A stretch of 63,653 bases of DNA, filler included, from Intoshia linei (taxonomy: Eukaryota; Animalia; Orthonectida): the NCBI GenBank assembly GCA_001642005.1. It is 6 parts of 6 records of this genome, joined end to end, with 100 filler letters (N's around TTAATTAATTAA, not from the genome) between each part and the next. Parts side by side here need not be neighbours in the genome. Positions count along the whole stretch, not along the records: positions 1 to 21,121 come from LWCA01000668.1; positions 21,222 to 44,927 come from LWCA01000548.1; 4 more parts are not named here. One strand, given 5' to 3'. Shown here piece after piece: positions 11,561 through 24,900 of the stretch. Position 1 is the first letter of the stretch. Each line of letters begins with the position of its first letter. The notes under the pieces are model-generated. The model was not told the DNA's origin. It did not search any database and saw nothing but the letters and a program-made list of their open reading frames with translations. Both the position numbers and the translations under genes were made by a program.

Positions 11561-14500
11561 ATGTTTGCTGCAAAAAATTTCAATTTCCCGGATGCCATAT
11601 CTAATACACCACAGCATTGTGAGAATGTATACAATACAGAGAAAAAATTGGAAAATGTTTATAAATACATTCAAAAACTCTACGAATACATTATCGAGTA
11701 TTCTAATTATTCTAAAAGTACATTTTAAATAAAATATTCTAAATAATATTCACATTAAACTTTATATTAATTTAGAATTAAGAAGAGTTTCTGACAACAT
11801 TACTGAACTGTTGGACAAATATTCAAACGAATATGGTGTTGACAGTAATTTATTCATTTTTTTAAATTAAAAGTAAGTGTATATACATATTAACTGTATT
11901 AAAATAATCTACAGCGTTCCCAACCCTTATATTCTTGTGGACCGGGTAAATGTAATTTATTGATGAGTAATAACAATAATATAACAATTATACAAATTTA
12001 AAACAACACTAGCTTGACTGTTATCTACTTGGTATAAACAGACACTATCTCAGTGTCAGTACTACACTGTAGTACATAGTTTTTTGTTCTTTTAAGAGTT
12101 TCGAATGAAGGAGTGGTTCCAAACTTATTTAAACATGTCTTTTCAATTCACATCCAATTAAATTTATATAGAATTATTCACACGATTATTTTTAACATTT
12201 GTGTAAAAAATTTAAAATTAATTTTGTGATCCCATTTTTTGAATTTAATAAAGAGAATTTTGCTATAACAATATTATTTTTCAATCACGTCCAGATTTTT
12301 TTTTAATTGACGGTAAAGTTGCAAAAATGTCAAACATAGGGGGTTTTTAAAGCCATCTTAAACACAATTAGAAACGCTATGTATTTGATGTAGCATCATA
12401 CATATATAATATATTAATTAATGTCATACTATATTTTGTTTAATAAAAAATATTATATTTAATTAGTTATTTTTATTTATATTTAATATAAAATGGAAAA
12501 CTAACTTATACATTTATATTATACATGTAGAATGCACTAACATTTATTTGCTTATTGAATATAATTATATTTTTTTTTCATATATTTCGCTACATTTCGT
12601 TCAATAGTATTCAATTCGGTTAATAATTTCGTAAGTTGTAACGCAAAGATTTTCCCTTTCCAATCATATATAATAATCCATATATGTACTTTATTTAACA
12701 TTTCTATTGACCTTCAAATATGCCTATTTTAGGCACCTTTTCGAACTTTAGCCGTATTTTAAAAAAAATCTGGACGTGATGCAGAAACACTGATTATACC
12801 ATTTTGTTCAGAATAAAAATCTCTTCCAGGTGCACTAAATTTTATTCTTGCACCTCAAAAAAAGTTGTTATTTTGTTGGGCAATGTAATATATTAAAAAT
12901 TATTTTTCATCGGCAATGCGTAAATTTCTCGGATTGAACTTTTGTATTTATATCAACTGGAATACGCTCTATCAGAATAATTTTTTTTTTTTAATTTTCG
13001 GACCGTTAATTATTTCACATTTTTTGTTTTAATAAAATATTTCGAAAAAAAAATATGAATACTAAAATGCTTTTTTGACCGTAAATTCGTCACTTATTCG
13101 GATTGAAATTTACTGTGTGTGTTAACAGGATACAACTGTACCACCTGTAAATTGTTTAAAATTCTAGGGCTGTTTTCATTAAAAAAAGAAGGGTAATTTG
13201 TGGTTTTGCTCCTGAAGATATTTTTTTTAAATTTATGATAATGTTTATGATTTTAAAATCCGTATCAGAGTATATATTTTTTTAAATTTTCCAACTCATT
13301 TGATTTTCAAAAAGAGGAACAATTGGGGTTTTTGATCCGTAAGATGTGAGCTTGGGAGGTTGAAATGTATTTTATTATACGTCCCAGAAAAAACTGTAAT
13401 TGAAATGTGGACTTTATAAAATACTAAGACTGGTAGTTATTTCAATAAAACGAAACACACACACAAACAAAAATAGCGTAGCATATTATATAAGTTAGGA
13501 TAACACTAGGGCACAAAATAAACCGAAAAAATATAGAATACTAATAATCCTACTAATGTAAAGAGTATATTATAATATATCGATAAAAATATCAACATAT
13601 TTCAAATGAATTTTACTAATACTGAAAAGCATTGTAATAAATATAAAAATGATAATAACAAAGTTGTACTTTTAGTACTGTCCCTGATTTAGAACAGAGG
13701 TGGGAAACCTTATCATGGTAACGGACCGGATGGTAGATTCTGATAATTTAGTGAGACGTACACATTAAAAATTCAACTAATAATGTTAATCTGATTATGG
13801 GGTATTATTAATTTTTTTGTTTTTGACACTTTTCTCATAATCAGGGTTATGGAGAGCCAATAGTAGGCCCGGGTGATATGCCCTTATCTTCCCCTCTCAA
13901 CGACCCTGCTCATAATTCATCCATTCTATAAAAATTTCGCTATCCTATCAATTATTTTTGCATCAAATCACAATAAGCCTTTGAGAATTAAATAATTAAC
14001 AAAACATAATCAATGTAAATCAGATAATTACTAGCCACTGTTAGTATTTAGTAAAATGATCGTGGATTAAAGAAATAAAAATATATTAAATTGGATAAAA
14101 ATAAAATCTATAAAGATAGAAAAAAATGGGGCCCTAGGTTGGCATCCTTGCTTTAGATCAGTGTTTCCCAACCTTTTTTATGCTAGACCCCACTGATAAA
14201 AAATTCGAGCAAATTATAATAAAATAATAATAAAAACAATAATAATGTATTTATTTTTTAGAATTAATGAGACAATTGAGGCTGACAATTCTGAGTTTAT
14301 TATTATTAGGTACTAAGGTTGTAAGCTTTAATCGTAGAGCTCCCCTTTTTGAAATTTGTAGTCTATGTATTTTTTTGTCAGTAAGTCTAAAATTGCACTA
14401 AACCCGCATTCTGCTAAATAGAGTATGGAAATAGCAACAAAGCAATCCTAGCAAAAGTAGTTAAAGTCGGATAATTTTGCAAATTTGTCATTTTCCATAT

Positions 14501-17500
14501 ACTCATCAATTTAGTTAAATTTGAATTTAATAGCTCACGATTATTAAAGATATATTTGTTTTTTTGTCATTCTAATAATTTAACAATACAATTAATTGGA
14601 TCAAGTATCGCATAACCACTTATAAACCTGAGAATAGTATATAAAATTAACAATAAATTAATCTAAAATTTTTATAATCCTATAAATTTGTAATATTTCC
14701 CAGGCTTCATCAAATTTCCAATGTCCCACGAAAAATTTCGTCATGCCCCACCAATGGGGCCTGGCCCTACGGTTGGGAAACACTGCTTTAGATCGTTATA
14801 ACTTGTGTCCTGCTTAATAAATTTTTTTTTAAATTTATAAATACAACATGTAGGTTTATACTATGTATATTAACATATTCTGAAAATACTTTTGAAATCC
14901 TCAAATATAATTTTCAATTTTTTGCACAGTGTTATTAATTAAAAACTTGCTTTAGCAAAATTTTCGAAAGAAATCAATTTTCGCAGAAAATTTAAGTGAA
15001 ATGGTGAATTCACAATTTATTTAAAACATACAATTTCTTTATAATTTCATTCACCCTTTCGGATCTCTCAATCATAGGATTAGAATAGGATAGGATCTTT
15101 AGTGGAATATTATAAATTATTTATGTTAAATAATTATAATTATAATAGATCAATCATTAGTGATTTGCAATAATTTTATAAAAAGTACCAAAAGTTCTTT
15201 CATCCGAACGGTAATAAATGGTTATGTAAATATTATAAAAAGAACTTTAGAATAAAATTCTAGTAAATGAAATTACAAAACCTTTGGAAAATATATGTAA
15301 ATCAATAATTAATATAAAGGTTTAGTAAACTCAAATTTAAGTTTAAATCTAAAATTAGGAAAATAAAAAAAAAACTGAAAAACAAAAATTAAAAGTAGAA
15401 AATATGCAAGATAAATTTATAAATTCAAAAGTTAACCCTGTTAAATCTGTTAGTGTAATACTTATGGAACAATTTTAATTTTATTGTAAATTATTATGTT
15501 TAGGAATTGTATTATAATGAATTGAATCTTTTAAGTAGATACCAATGCGATTATTTAATTAATATATCAGAAATCGAGCAACGGGTTAAATTTGAGACTA
15601 GTGAATGTGTCAGTCTTATTTTTATTGTTCATTAAAGCAGACATCCCCAACTTTTCCATTAAACACCCTCCAAATAGTTAAAGTTATAGTTAATAGTGGC
15701 TAACTTTATCCAACTTTTAAAACTACAATTTATGTCACATTTTTGTACAGTGATAAAGTCAATAGTCAAAAGTATTTCTAATGATTTTTAATTTTTTGAT
15801 TAAATCAACGCAAAAATTAATTTTTTTGTTTACTTTTAAATTTTTACAAGTCCACTCAAGATGTTCTAGATCCTGCGTTGGGAATGGCAGTTAAACATTA
15901 AACAATTGAATTTTTAATTTAAATTATAGGTTCTTTTAATGATCAACAATTCAATGAATTTGTACCATGAAATTTTTGAAATGGGTAAATCATTCATGAA
16001 AAACAATTTTGACATTTTCCAGTCAATTCAAGAGGTTAATGCATTTATTACAATTTATTAAAATATTTAAATTAGGCTCGCGTAAATTGGCAAAAATTAA
16101 AACTACTTGCAAACAAAGAAATGAAAACTAGTCTAAATGTAAGTAATTTGTTTAATTGGTTTAGTTTACAAGTTTTAATTTAAAGGGTAATATTTTAGAT
16201 AGCTCGTTATTCGCATAGTAAATTATATAACAATGAACTAAAAAGCTATTTTTATTTGGCAGATAAAAGTAATCATTTATAACAGATATGGGCACAGATC
16301 GACTAAAACTACCAATTATATTGTTTATTTGAATAGGTTCAATTAAAATATTGGTGCGAATTTAGAATAAAGTATTATGTATCAGTAAAATCTGAAAAAA
16401 TAAGCATAGAAATACCATAGATTGTTAGTGACTAATTAATCGATCGTTTATTGTCTAAAAATTAAAAATAACAATAGGAAATCGCATTGGTCATTCATAA
16501 TCATAAAAACCAGTAGACACAAACCATGTGTCTATAGCCTCTCTCCACGGTCATGCATATACCCTAGACACCTCTCTAAGGTTCTTGACTTGACATTTTC
16601 AATTTAACACACAAAATAACTTATATTCAAGAATATAATTTTTTAATGCTCAATTTGAAAAAATGAGGCCCCATGTTACAAACAGTAATTAATTCGTTGA
16701 GACCCGAAGAGGGTATCTAATACAATAGGATCGACAGTGAGGACACTTACTAAAGCGGTACTAATATATTTATATGTTTTTTATGGACCACCATACCCAA
16801 TGCGCATTTCCTGTCCCTGTTTTATATAATATATTTAATTAATACTTTAATGTTGGATAGAAAATTTTGCAATAAAGCTACCAAAAATATTTTTATCTTA
16901 TAAAATAACAGAAAGCAAACTCAGCATGTTTCGAACGGTAAAATTATTATTAATTTTAATTTTATTATTTTTTAGAATTATGATTATTCATTATAATTTT
17001 TATTTACATGAGATTTTCCCAAATACCGATCCGTGGAATTTTTTTTAAAAATATTTAAAATAGAAATACACAATAAATATTATATAATTATAATTACAAT
17101 AACCAAATCATCTAAACGTAAGTGAATAATTAGTTATAACGATTAAGTCATGGGGTGTTACAAACAATACGGTTAAATCAACAGAATGATCACAGAAGCA
17201 GAGGTAACGCTTTTGAAACATTTTAAAATAAAAAATAAATTTCATCATACCCTAAAACATTTTCAACAAAGATACAACGGAAAAAAATTGAAAGGTCTCA
17301 TTAAATATTAGGTGAAGTACACGAAAATCACCAATCTGTCATCATTAAAATGTTTTATTTATACATACTAATTCCTTGTTAACGGAATAATTAGTCCTGA
17401 AAAAAATCCCATTCTGCTAACTAGGATTTTTTTATAAATAATATAAATTATATACATAAAAACAGTGGTTCCCGGTTGAGGTTCAAAATTATATGCCTGG

Positions 17501-20190
17501 GGTCCGTGACATTCAAATAAAATGTAGGAAAATTTTCATCAACTTTTGTTTATTTTTATAGGAGAATTTTTAATATTTATTACATAGGTTCTAGATCAGG
17601 GGTGCACAACCTTTCCACCAATTTAGCCACAATGCTACTTTTCTCATTGATACTACCACTGCACCAAATTACTTCGACATTGAAAAAGTTTACTCTGGAA
17701 CTAAATTTTAGGTCTAATAAAATAGTTTTCTTTAAATTTTAATATCAGCAAGTTTTAATTAATAATTTTCAATTAAAATTAATCCTTAATTCACTCATAT
17801 AAATTAACACCACATTTGTCATTTATCTGAATCGGAATAAATAGCAATATTAGGATTACTGCAGTTCTTTTCATTGGGGTGACTGGTCACCAAAGGGGTG
17901 AATACGAAAATTTAGATGATTGTAGGCTAATCTACAATTTTCAACATATTTCATTAAATCATATAATTTAATATAATCTTATGAGAAAAAACCAAAATTT
18001 TACCAACTCTTAAGGAAGAAATCCATTTTTACCAAAGATTTAGAATAAAAAACCAAATTTTACTAACCCTTAAAGAAAAAAATCGCTTTTACCAATATTT
18101 TTATGAAACATCCCATTTTATTAAATTTTTAGATTAATAATTCTTCTGACTGATTTCATAAGAAAATACCTAATTTTAAAAAAATTTGAAAAATATAATA
18201 TATACTCCTTTTATTAATATTTTTTTGAAAAAACATTAATTATTAATTTTTCGGTAAATAATTAATATTAATTGGTCAACAGAAAAAAGTTTTATTAAAA
18301 ACCGATTTGTTGATACATTAGAGTGGAAGACATAAAAAAAAAAGTAAATATTAATAATGACATAAAAAAGATATCAGTGACTGCCTTAATTTTATGTGCT
18401 GTTCGCTAACATTTGAGAAACTGGGGCAAAGTCAAGAATGTAACTTTTTGATTAAAATATTTTAAATAGACCTTGAATAAAATCTCATTTTAACTTTTCA
18501 ATTTGAAGTAAAATGATATATTGCATTATGGTCAAATTTATTGCCCACGACCCCACATAAACGCTCTCACGGTCGCACGTTGTGCACTCCTGTTCTAGAT
18601 GTTGATTATCTTAAAGCCTAGACGATCGTTACATTATAATTCAAAAATCCCACTTATCTCACCATAAATAACATTTTATCCAAAATACCATTTCTAATCC
18701 TAGGAAAAAATCGACTGTTAAATTGCAAAGGAGATTGTACTGTTAAAATTTAATAATTATTAAATTTTTCCAAGTCATTACAAATAACTGGCTCACGAGA
18801 AACATTAGAGCAAAATGCCTATCCACAGTGAAGAAAGTGAAGGGAACCACCGCTTAACATGTTAATAAATAACTATATTTAAATTATAAAATATAAATTA
18901 TAATATATGAAATAATATTAATAATAATTAGAATCGAATTTGGACAACACACATTGTAAAAAATGTTAGCTTTTGTGATGATCAAGACAAAAAAAAGTTT
19001 ACCATTACTTTTTATTTTATTGAGTAATGAAATAATTGTATGGATTAAAAAATTTATAATAGTGACACTACATTAAATGTTCAAGCACTCAGTGATGGAT
19101 GCTTTTACGGGTGGAAAAAAACCTTGAACCAAATGAATCGCAAATATTCTACCAAATTAATGGTAATATTTGATATCACGATTTATTAGTTTACGATTAT
19201 TTAATTGTGACAAGTTTTTTGGTAGAATTAAAATATTCCGCCCTCGACACAGCTAGGTACTGTTTGTACACAGTACATATCAAATCAAGTTAGAAGTCAT
19301 AAAATTTAAATAATTCTTAAAACATGTTATAAACGGTAAAATTCGTTTTTAAATAAAATTGAAGATACAAATTCTTGTGATAAAACATTCGTTGAGAAAA
19401 ACTGTCCTAGAATGTTCGTTTTTAAACTGTTTATATTACATTCTTAATGTTTTAATTTTTAAATAAATGGTAACACAAATATTGCATTTTATACCACTTT
19501 GAATTTCTTCCTATTTTTATGTCTTTTATATTGTAGATAAACGATTCCAAAAGTATGTATATTGATGGTAATTAATTAATTTATTTCATGACATATTTTA
19601 GATTATATTTAGATAAAAAGGTACTAACCATAATTGATTGTCTTATTTCTACGATTGAAAATAAAGGTATTTATTAAAAACAAAATAGAGAAATTCAGTC
19701 GAACCTCGTTCTGGGCACTTTTTTTGCAAGTGCCTCGAAATGAGAGGTTTTAATAAATAACTTAATCTTTCATTAAATTCTTAAATTATAGCAATATATT
19801 ATTATATCATACTTATTGGTATTACATTCCATCCCGATTTACGGTGGTATTTCAGCTAACTTGCCGAGAATAAAATTTTTATAAAAGCATTTCTGACAAA
19901 TTTTTACATTATAATGTAATATACTCAGATTTATTATGTCATTGTAATTCAAAATCTTAAACATTTTTATGAAGTAAATGTACCTGAAATCAAATTAATT
20001 AATATTTTTGCAATTAATATATACTCAATGTTATGAACCATAATGGAAAATACAGAATATCCCGAACATATAGGTTCGGCTCTGCTTGACAAGTAGCATA
20101 GATTAAATTACATTTAGAAATCAACTTTGAAGGCATTTACAGAATAGATGGTTCAAAGTTGGCCAAAGATGAATTGCTTGCAGAAATATG
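11561..20190 (+). CDS. GRAF/oligophrenin-type BAR-PH-RhoGAP protein (ARHGAP26/10/42/OPHN1 family); 3' end unresolved near the gap at 21122
   Basis: N-terminus MFAAKNFNFPDAISNTPQHCENVYNTEKKLENVYKYIQKL resembles GRAF LEFSDC..DSP.FRE.L..HE.EL.+TNKFIKEL. BAR exons lie at 15.1-16.1 kb. PH exons read DDQDKKKFTITFYF and LNVQALSDGCFYGWKKTL (18931-19162). The GAP start reads LDKKVLTIIDCLISTIENK / EINFEGIYRIDGS (19602-20190). Confidence 0.82.
12284..12780. mobile_element. Unclassified MITE (intronic)
   Basis: TIR atcacgtccagatttttttt / aaaaaaaatctggacgtgat, extending imperfectly to acggtaaagtt / aactttagccgt; no TSD recognised. Confidence 0.72.
12885..13500 (-). mobile_element. Non-autonomous Helitron family copy with 5' terminus
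   Basis: Minus strand A|TCCTAACTTATATAATATGCTACG...; body near-identical to the 8925-9694 copy. Confidence 0.8.
14159..14785 (-). mobile_element. hAT (Buster-type) deletion derivative
   Basis: Perfect 15-bp TIR CAGTGTTTCCCAACC and perfect 8-bp TSD CTTTAGAT. An internal remnant, HRLQISKRGALRLKLTTLVP, resembles the Buster transposase C-terminus. Confidence 0.9.
17597..18592. mobile_element. hAT MITE with nested degenerate minisatellite-bearing repeat
   Basis: TIR CAGGGGTGCACAAC / GTTGTGCACTCCTG, perfect TSD TTCTAGAT; same family as 51141-51698 (inverted). Confidence 0.9.
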
Positions 20191-20254
20191 TATCTTATAT
20201 TTATTAATTACTACACATGTAGTGCTGGCAATCGATGAAATGTATAGATAAATT

Positions 20255-20940
20255 TTTTTAAATGAAAATTGTAGGATTAATATTTACATTTTAAATTTTT
20301 ATTTTAATCGAAATATTTGAAAAATATTGGTTGATAATATATTCAAAATTATTTTTCACCGGGAATGCGTAGATTTCTGGGGCTGAAATTTTATATTTAT
20401 ATCAACTGGAATAAGCTCTTTTAATTTTTTTTTTTTAATTTTCGTATCGTTAATTATTTCACATTTTTTGTTTTAATGAAATATTTCGAAAAAAAAATAT
20501 GCATTTATATGCATATAATGCTTTTTTAACCGTAAAGTCGTAATTTATTTAGATTGAAATTTTCTGTGTTTGTTAACAGGATATAACTGTACAACCTGTA
20601 AATTTTTTTACATTCTAGGGCTGTTTTCATTAAAAAAAGAAGGGTAATTTGGGGTGTTTGACCTGAAGATATAATTTTTTTAAATTTAAATTTATGATGT
20701 CTTTGATTTTAAAATGCGTATCAACGTATATATACTTTTAAATTCTCCAACTCGTTTGATTTTCAAAAAGAGGGACAATTGGTGTTTTTGACTCGTAAGA
20801 TGTAAGTTTGGGTGGTTAAAATTATGTTCGCGAACACCCCCGGGAAAAATTGTAATTGAAATATGGACTTTATAAAATTCTAAGACTGGTAGTTATTTTA
20901 ATAAAGTGGAACACCCACACAAACAAAAATCGCATAGCAT
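20255..20940 (-). mobile_element. Non-autonomous Helitron family copy, 5' tip interrupted by an aaccg-rich TIR element (20941-21121)
   Basis: Homology to the other copies; the sequence switches at gcatagcat to cagaaatgggaaccgatt with repeated aaccg/cggtt motifs. Confidence 0.75.
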
Positions 20941-21121
20941 CAGAAATGGGAACCGATTGATAAAAACCGGTTTTTAAAGCGGTTTTCGGTTAATCGTTTC
21001 AATCAACCAACCACCGTTCAAATTCAAAAACGGTTTTTTGTTTTAAAGTCGGTCGTGTTTTAAAAAAAATGCATTTAAAGACAATAGAAATGAAAACACG
21101 CTCAACGGCTTTAAATTTAAG

Positions 21122-21220
21122 NNNNNNNNNNNNNNNNNNNNNNNNNNNNNNNNNNNNNNNNNNNNTTAATTAATTAANNNNNNNNNNNNNNNNNNNNNNN
21201 NNNNNNNNNNNNNNNNNNNN
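21122..21220. other. Assembly gap spacer (also at 44928-45027, 52313-52412, 54636-54735 and 60064-60163)
   Basis: N run with a central TTAATTAATTAA, the same design at all five sites. Confidence 0.97.
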
Positions 21221-21996
21221 NAATTGTAGCTCCGTTTGGTTTTGAATAAATATACACCACAAATAAAACAAAAATTATTAAAACATGAAAACTGACAAAA
21301 ACGAAAAACTCATATTATTCTATAAGAACTTTAATTTATTTACATAGATTTTAAATGACAACGCCATTATTACTGGTTGTTTTTAATCATTCTGTCCTTC
21401 AAAAACTAGATCTAAAGTGACCTTTAAAAATTCTACCATTCTTCACCAAATTTTTCGTAGAGTTCAATGATATATATTTTATTTTGCTCTTTTTTTGAGT
21501 GTTATACAGTATAATCTAATCATAAATTTTATCATTAGATTCTAATGGGATAACTTCAACATATGCAATTAACTAATTCAACTAATACATGACTTAATGT
21601 TATGCTAGTCACTTTCAATTATACGTCTGTATTATTTATTCATTATTATTATTTATTATGATCTTGAATTGTAAAAATTTGACGTAATGTATTAATAGTA
21701 TATTTTTCTAAAAAAATGAGAAATTATCAATTTTTGGCATAAACGTGAATTAAATTGTATACTAATTTTACCTAATGAATTTGTTACATGTAACATATTA
21801 AAAAAAAATAAGACACTCAATTACAAGAGTTCAATATACATTTATGTGTCAATTGTGACCAGACTGACGCTTATATACTTATATATGTACAATATGTATG
21901 TTAAAATATATTATTTCATGATTTCGTGGTAAATAATTGAACACAGTTTTGGACGCTTTAATTTATTATACTTTGGGTATACATTTCATAACTTAG

Positions 21997-24900
21997 GTCA
22001 ACATAATAATATCAAAGCCAACAATATTATCAATCGTTGCAATGACATTTTCAGAATATGTTGCAAAGCCGTTCTACATGAGTTGCAATTATCCGACTCC
22101 TCCGGAAAGTTATAAATCAATATTGGCAATATTATCTCTATGTAATATTTAATATTAACACTATTGTGTGATTTAATATTATAATATTACTATTAATAAT
22201 AATATATAATAATAATGATAATTATCATATATTTTAATTTTTATTTTTTTGTCCATTGGACAGCAAAGTGGTATTAAATGCTTAATTACATGTTCAATTA
22301 CTTATATGTAACTAGGTGGACTATTATGTACTACGTACAAACAGCACCTATCTCTACCGCGGGCACATTTTTATTCTTATTCGAGAGCTAGGTGCTTTTT
22401 GTACGTAGTACACTAACCAGATTCATTTAATTATTATTTACAAATATTTATTATGATTGTTTTGTCGTTCAATGAAAATTTTTTTTGAAGTTGTAGGATC
22501 AATACTTACATTTTCAATTTTTATTTTAATCGAAATATTTTAAAAATATTGGTTGAAAATATATTAAAAATTATTTTTCACCGGGAATGCGTAGATTTCT
22601 GAGGTTGAAATTTTGTATTTATATCAACTGGAATAAGCTCTACGAGTCAATGGTTTTTTAAATTTTATGACTGTTAATATTTTAAATGAACGGTAATACA
22701 TACGGACATTCAGTTTTATGTAAGTAAAGGTCATGGTAAAAAATTCCCTTTTAAAACATTAAATCATAAAAAACTAATTATCCACTATCTAGTAGAAATT
22801 TTTTTCAGTAGATGTGGTGTACCGTTGTCGTATACCAAATGTGTTATGTGTCGCATGTTTTTTGTTTGATAAGAATACATCTAAATTTTATTAATTTAGA
22901 ATTTTAAATTAACTTATTAGGAGGTACGGATAATTCTTCTCGTGATCCTCTTATTCAGTTTATTTTATACCTTAAAATATATTATAAAAGTAGACAACAA
23001 CAAAAAAATTTTCTTGCTATAAAAATACAAAAATTAAATTAAAAATAAAAAATTAAATTAAAAATAAAAATTAAAATTTGAGATATTTTTTGTACTTTTA
23101 ATCCATTGCATCAATTAATTATTAGGAATATACAGTCAGACTGGTGGATAGTGAACATTTGGTTCCAAATTTTTTTAATGTTCACTATAAAAAAATAATA
23201 AACAATGAAAATGTAAATAAAAATGATAGTGAAATGAAAAAGAGAAATGAAAATAATGAACATTATTAATCATGAATCTAAGTTTATTTTCTATATAATC
23301 AGTTAAGTTCATTATCAACAAGTCTGACTGTATTATAATTATAATTTTTAGTCGTGATAACTTTCATCAATTGTGCAAGCATTGTATGGGCAAAAAATTT
23401 TCAAAATGTAATCTTATATAAGATTTATAATCAATACTGAAATACCGTACCTGAGACCCCTCTTAGAGGCGAAATGGAATTTGGTTAAAATAGAGGCTTA
23501 ATTTTTTCAAATTGAGTATTCAAAATTATATTATTGGATATCATAACTATTTTGTTTGGTAAATATATTAAAAGTAAATACCAAGAGCCTTGGATAGGTG
23601 GCTAGGGTCATATGACGCTACCCATTGTTTTTAAAAATTTTTAGGGCTATTTTTAATTTTAGGGTGGCCTTGATCTTGGTAATACTTGGATGTATAGTTA
23701 ATACTAATAGTACATTTAGGTCTTTACTATATCCAAACTGGGTGCATTAGTCACTATTATTATGGCCGGAATATATTCAGTCATATTTCATGGTAATCTT
23801 ATTATCATTATAATATAACTAGGTTGACTGTTATGTACTAAGTGCAAACAGGACCTAGTTCTGCTGAGGGTACATTTTTATTATACTTAAAAAATAAATT
23901 CACGTTAAAAATCTAACTTAAAAATCCTACTATTCACTATCATCAATTCTTTAAAGGAGTGGTTCTCAAATTTGTTTCAGGTGGAACCATATGCATTACT
24001 TTTTACTTTAAAGTGAATTATTCTATCTTAATTTTTTGTTTGTTAACATTTGCGTAAAGAATTTAAAGTAATTGTTATCCTTTTTTATTAATTTATTAGA
24101 TTTTTCAGAGTACATATTTACTTTTTTTGTGGAATGTCTACATTTTGCCTTGATAAAACTCATTTTATATGGAAGAACAGTGAAAATAATGAAAATTTTT
24201 AAATTAAATAGTGGTGCACATTTTATAACTGGTCTATGACCCGCCTTAATCTGTCTTAAAATATTGCCGATTATTCAAAGGAATTACCAAATACAATGTA
24301 CATTTCTTGCATGAGCCAGTTTTATTTTTCAGAATACTGATTTTACCGATTCATTACTAATACAATATTGTACTGAAAAACTTTAATATTTTGAACAATT
24401 AAAAAATAGTAGAGCCTGATTATCATAGTCAATTCATTTAAGCCTCTACACAACCATGTTTTGTAGCACACATAGTTTAATTTACATTTTAGACGGGTTT
24501 ACCAATTTTAGTGAACCATTCGCTGGAACAACTACTAATGTTAACAACATAGTGAATGCATTGTATGGATCCATGTTTGCTTATATTGGATGGTATATTT
24601 TTACGTTGTCATTAAATTATTTACACCCATGTTAGTATTGCATTTGAAATTCAGTATAAGACTTTTTCTCACAAATATACAACCAATATAATAATATCCG
24701 CTTACATTCGACGATGACAATTCGTAGATCATTGGTTTTTAATCTTTTTAGGTATAAGATACAATTTTTACTTTTTAACAAAAACGTTAAATTCAACAGA
24801 ACATAAAATTTAGAGTCGATATCCAAAATGTATCTCTCATTACAGTAAATATTAGTTTGAGGGGTCAAGAATTATTTTTTAACAAAAAATATGTCAACTA

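Noticed and set aside
21166-21177. TTAATTAATTAA palindrome recurring five times
   Set aside because: Always centred in N runs, so it is an artificial gap spacer
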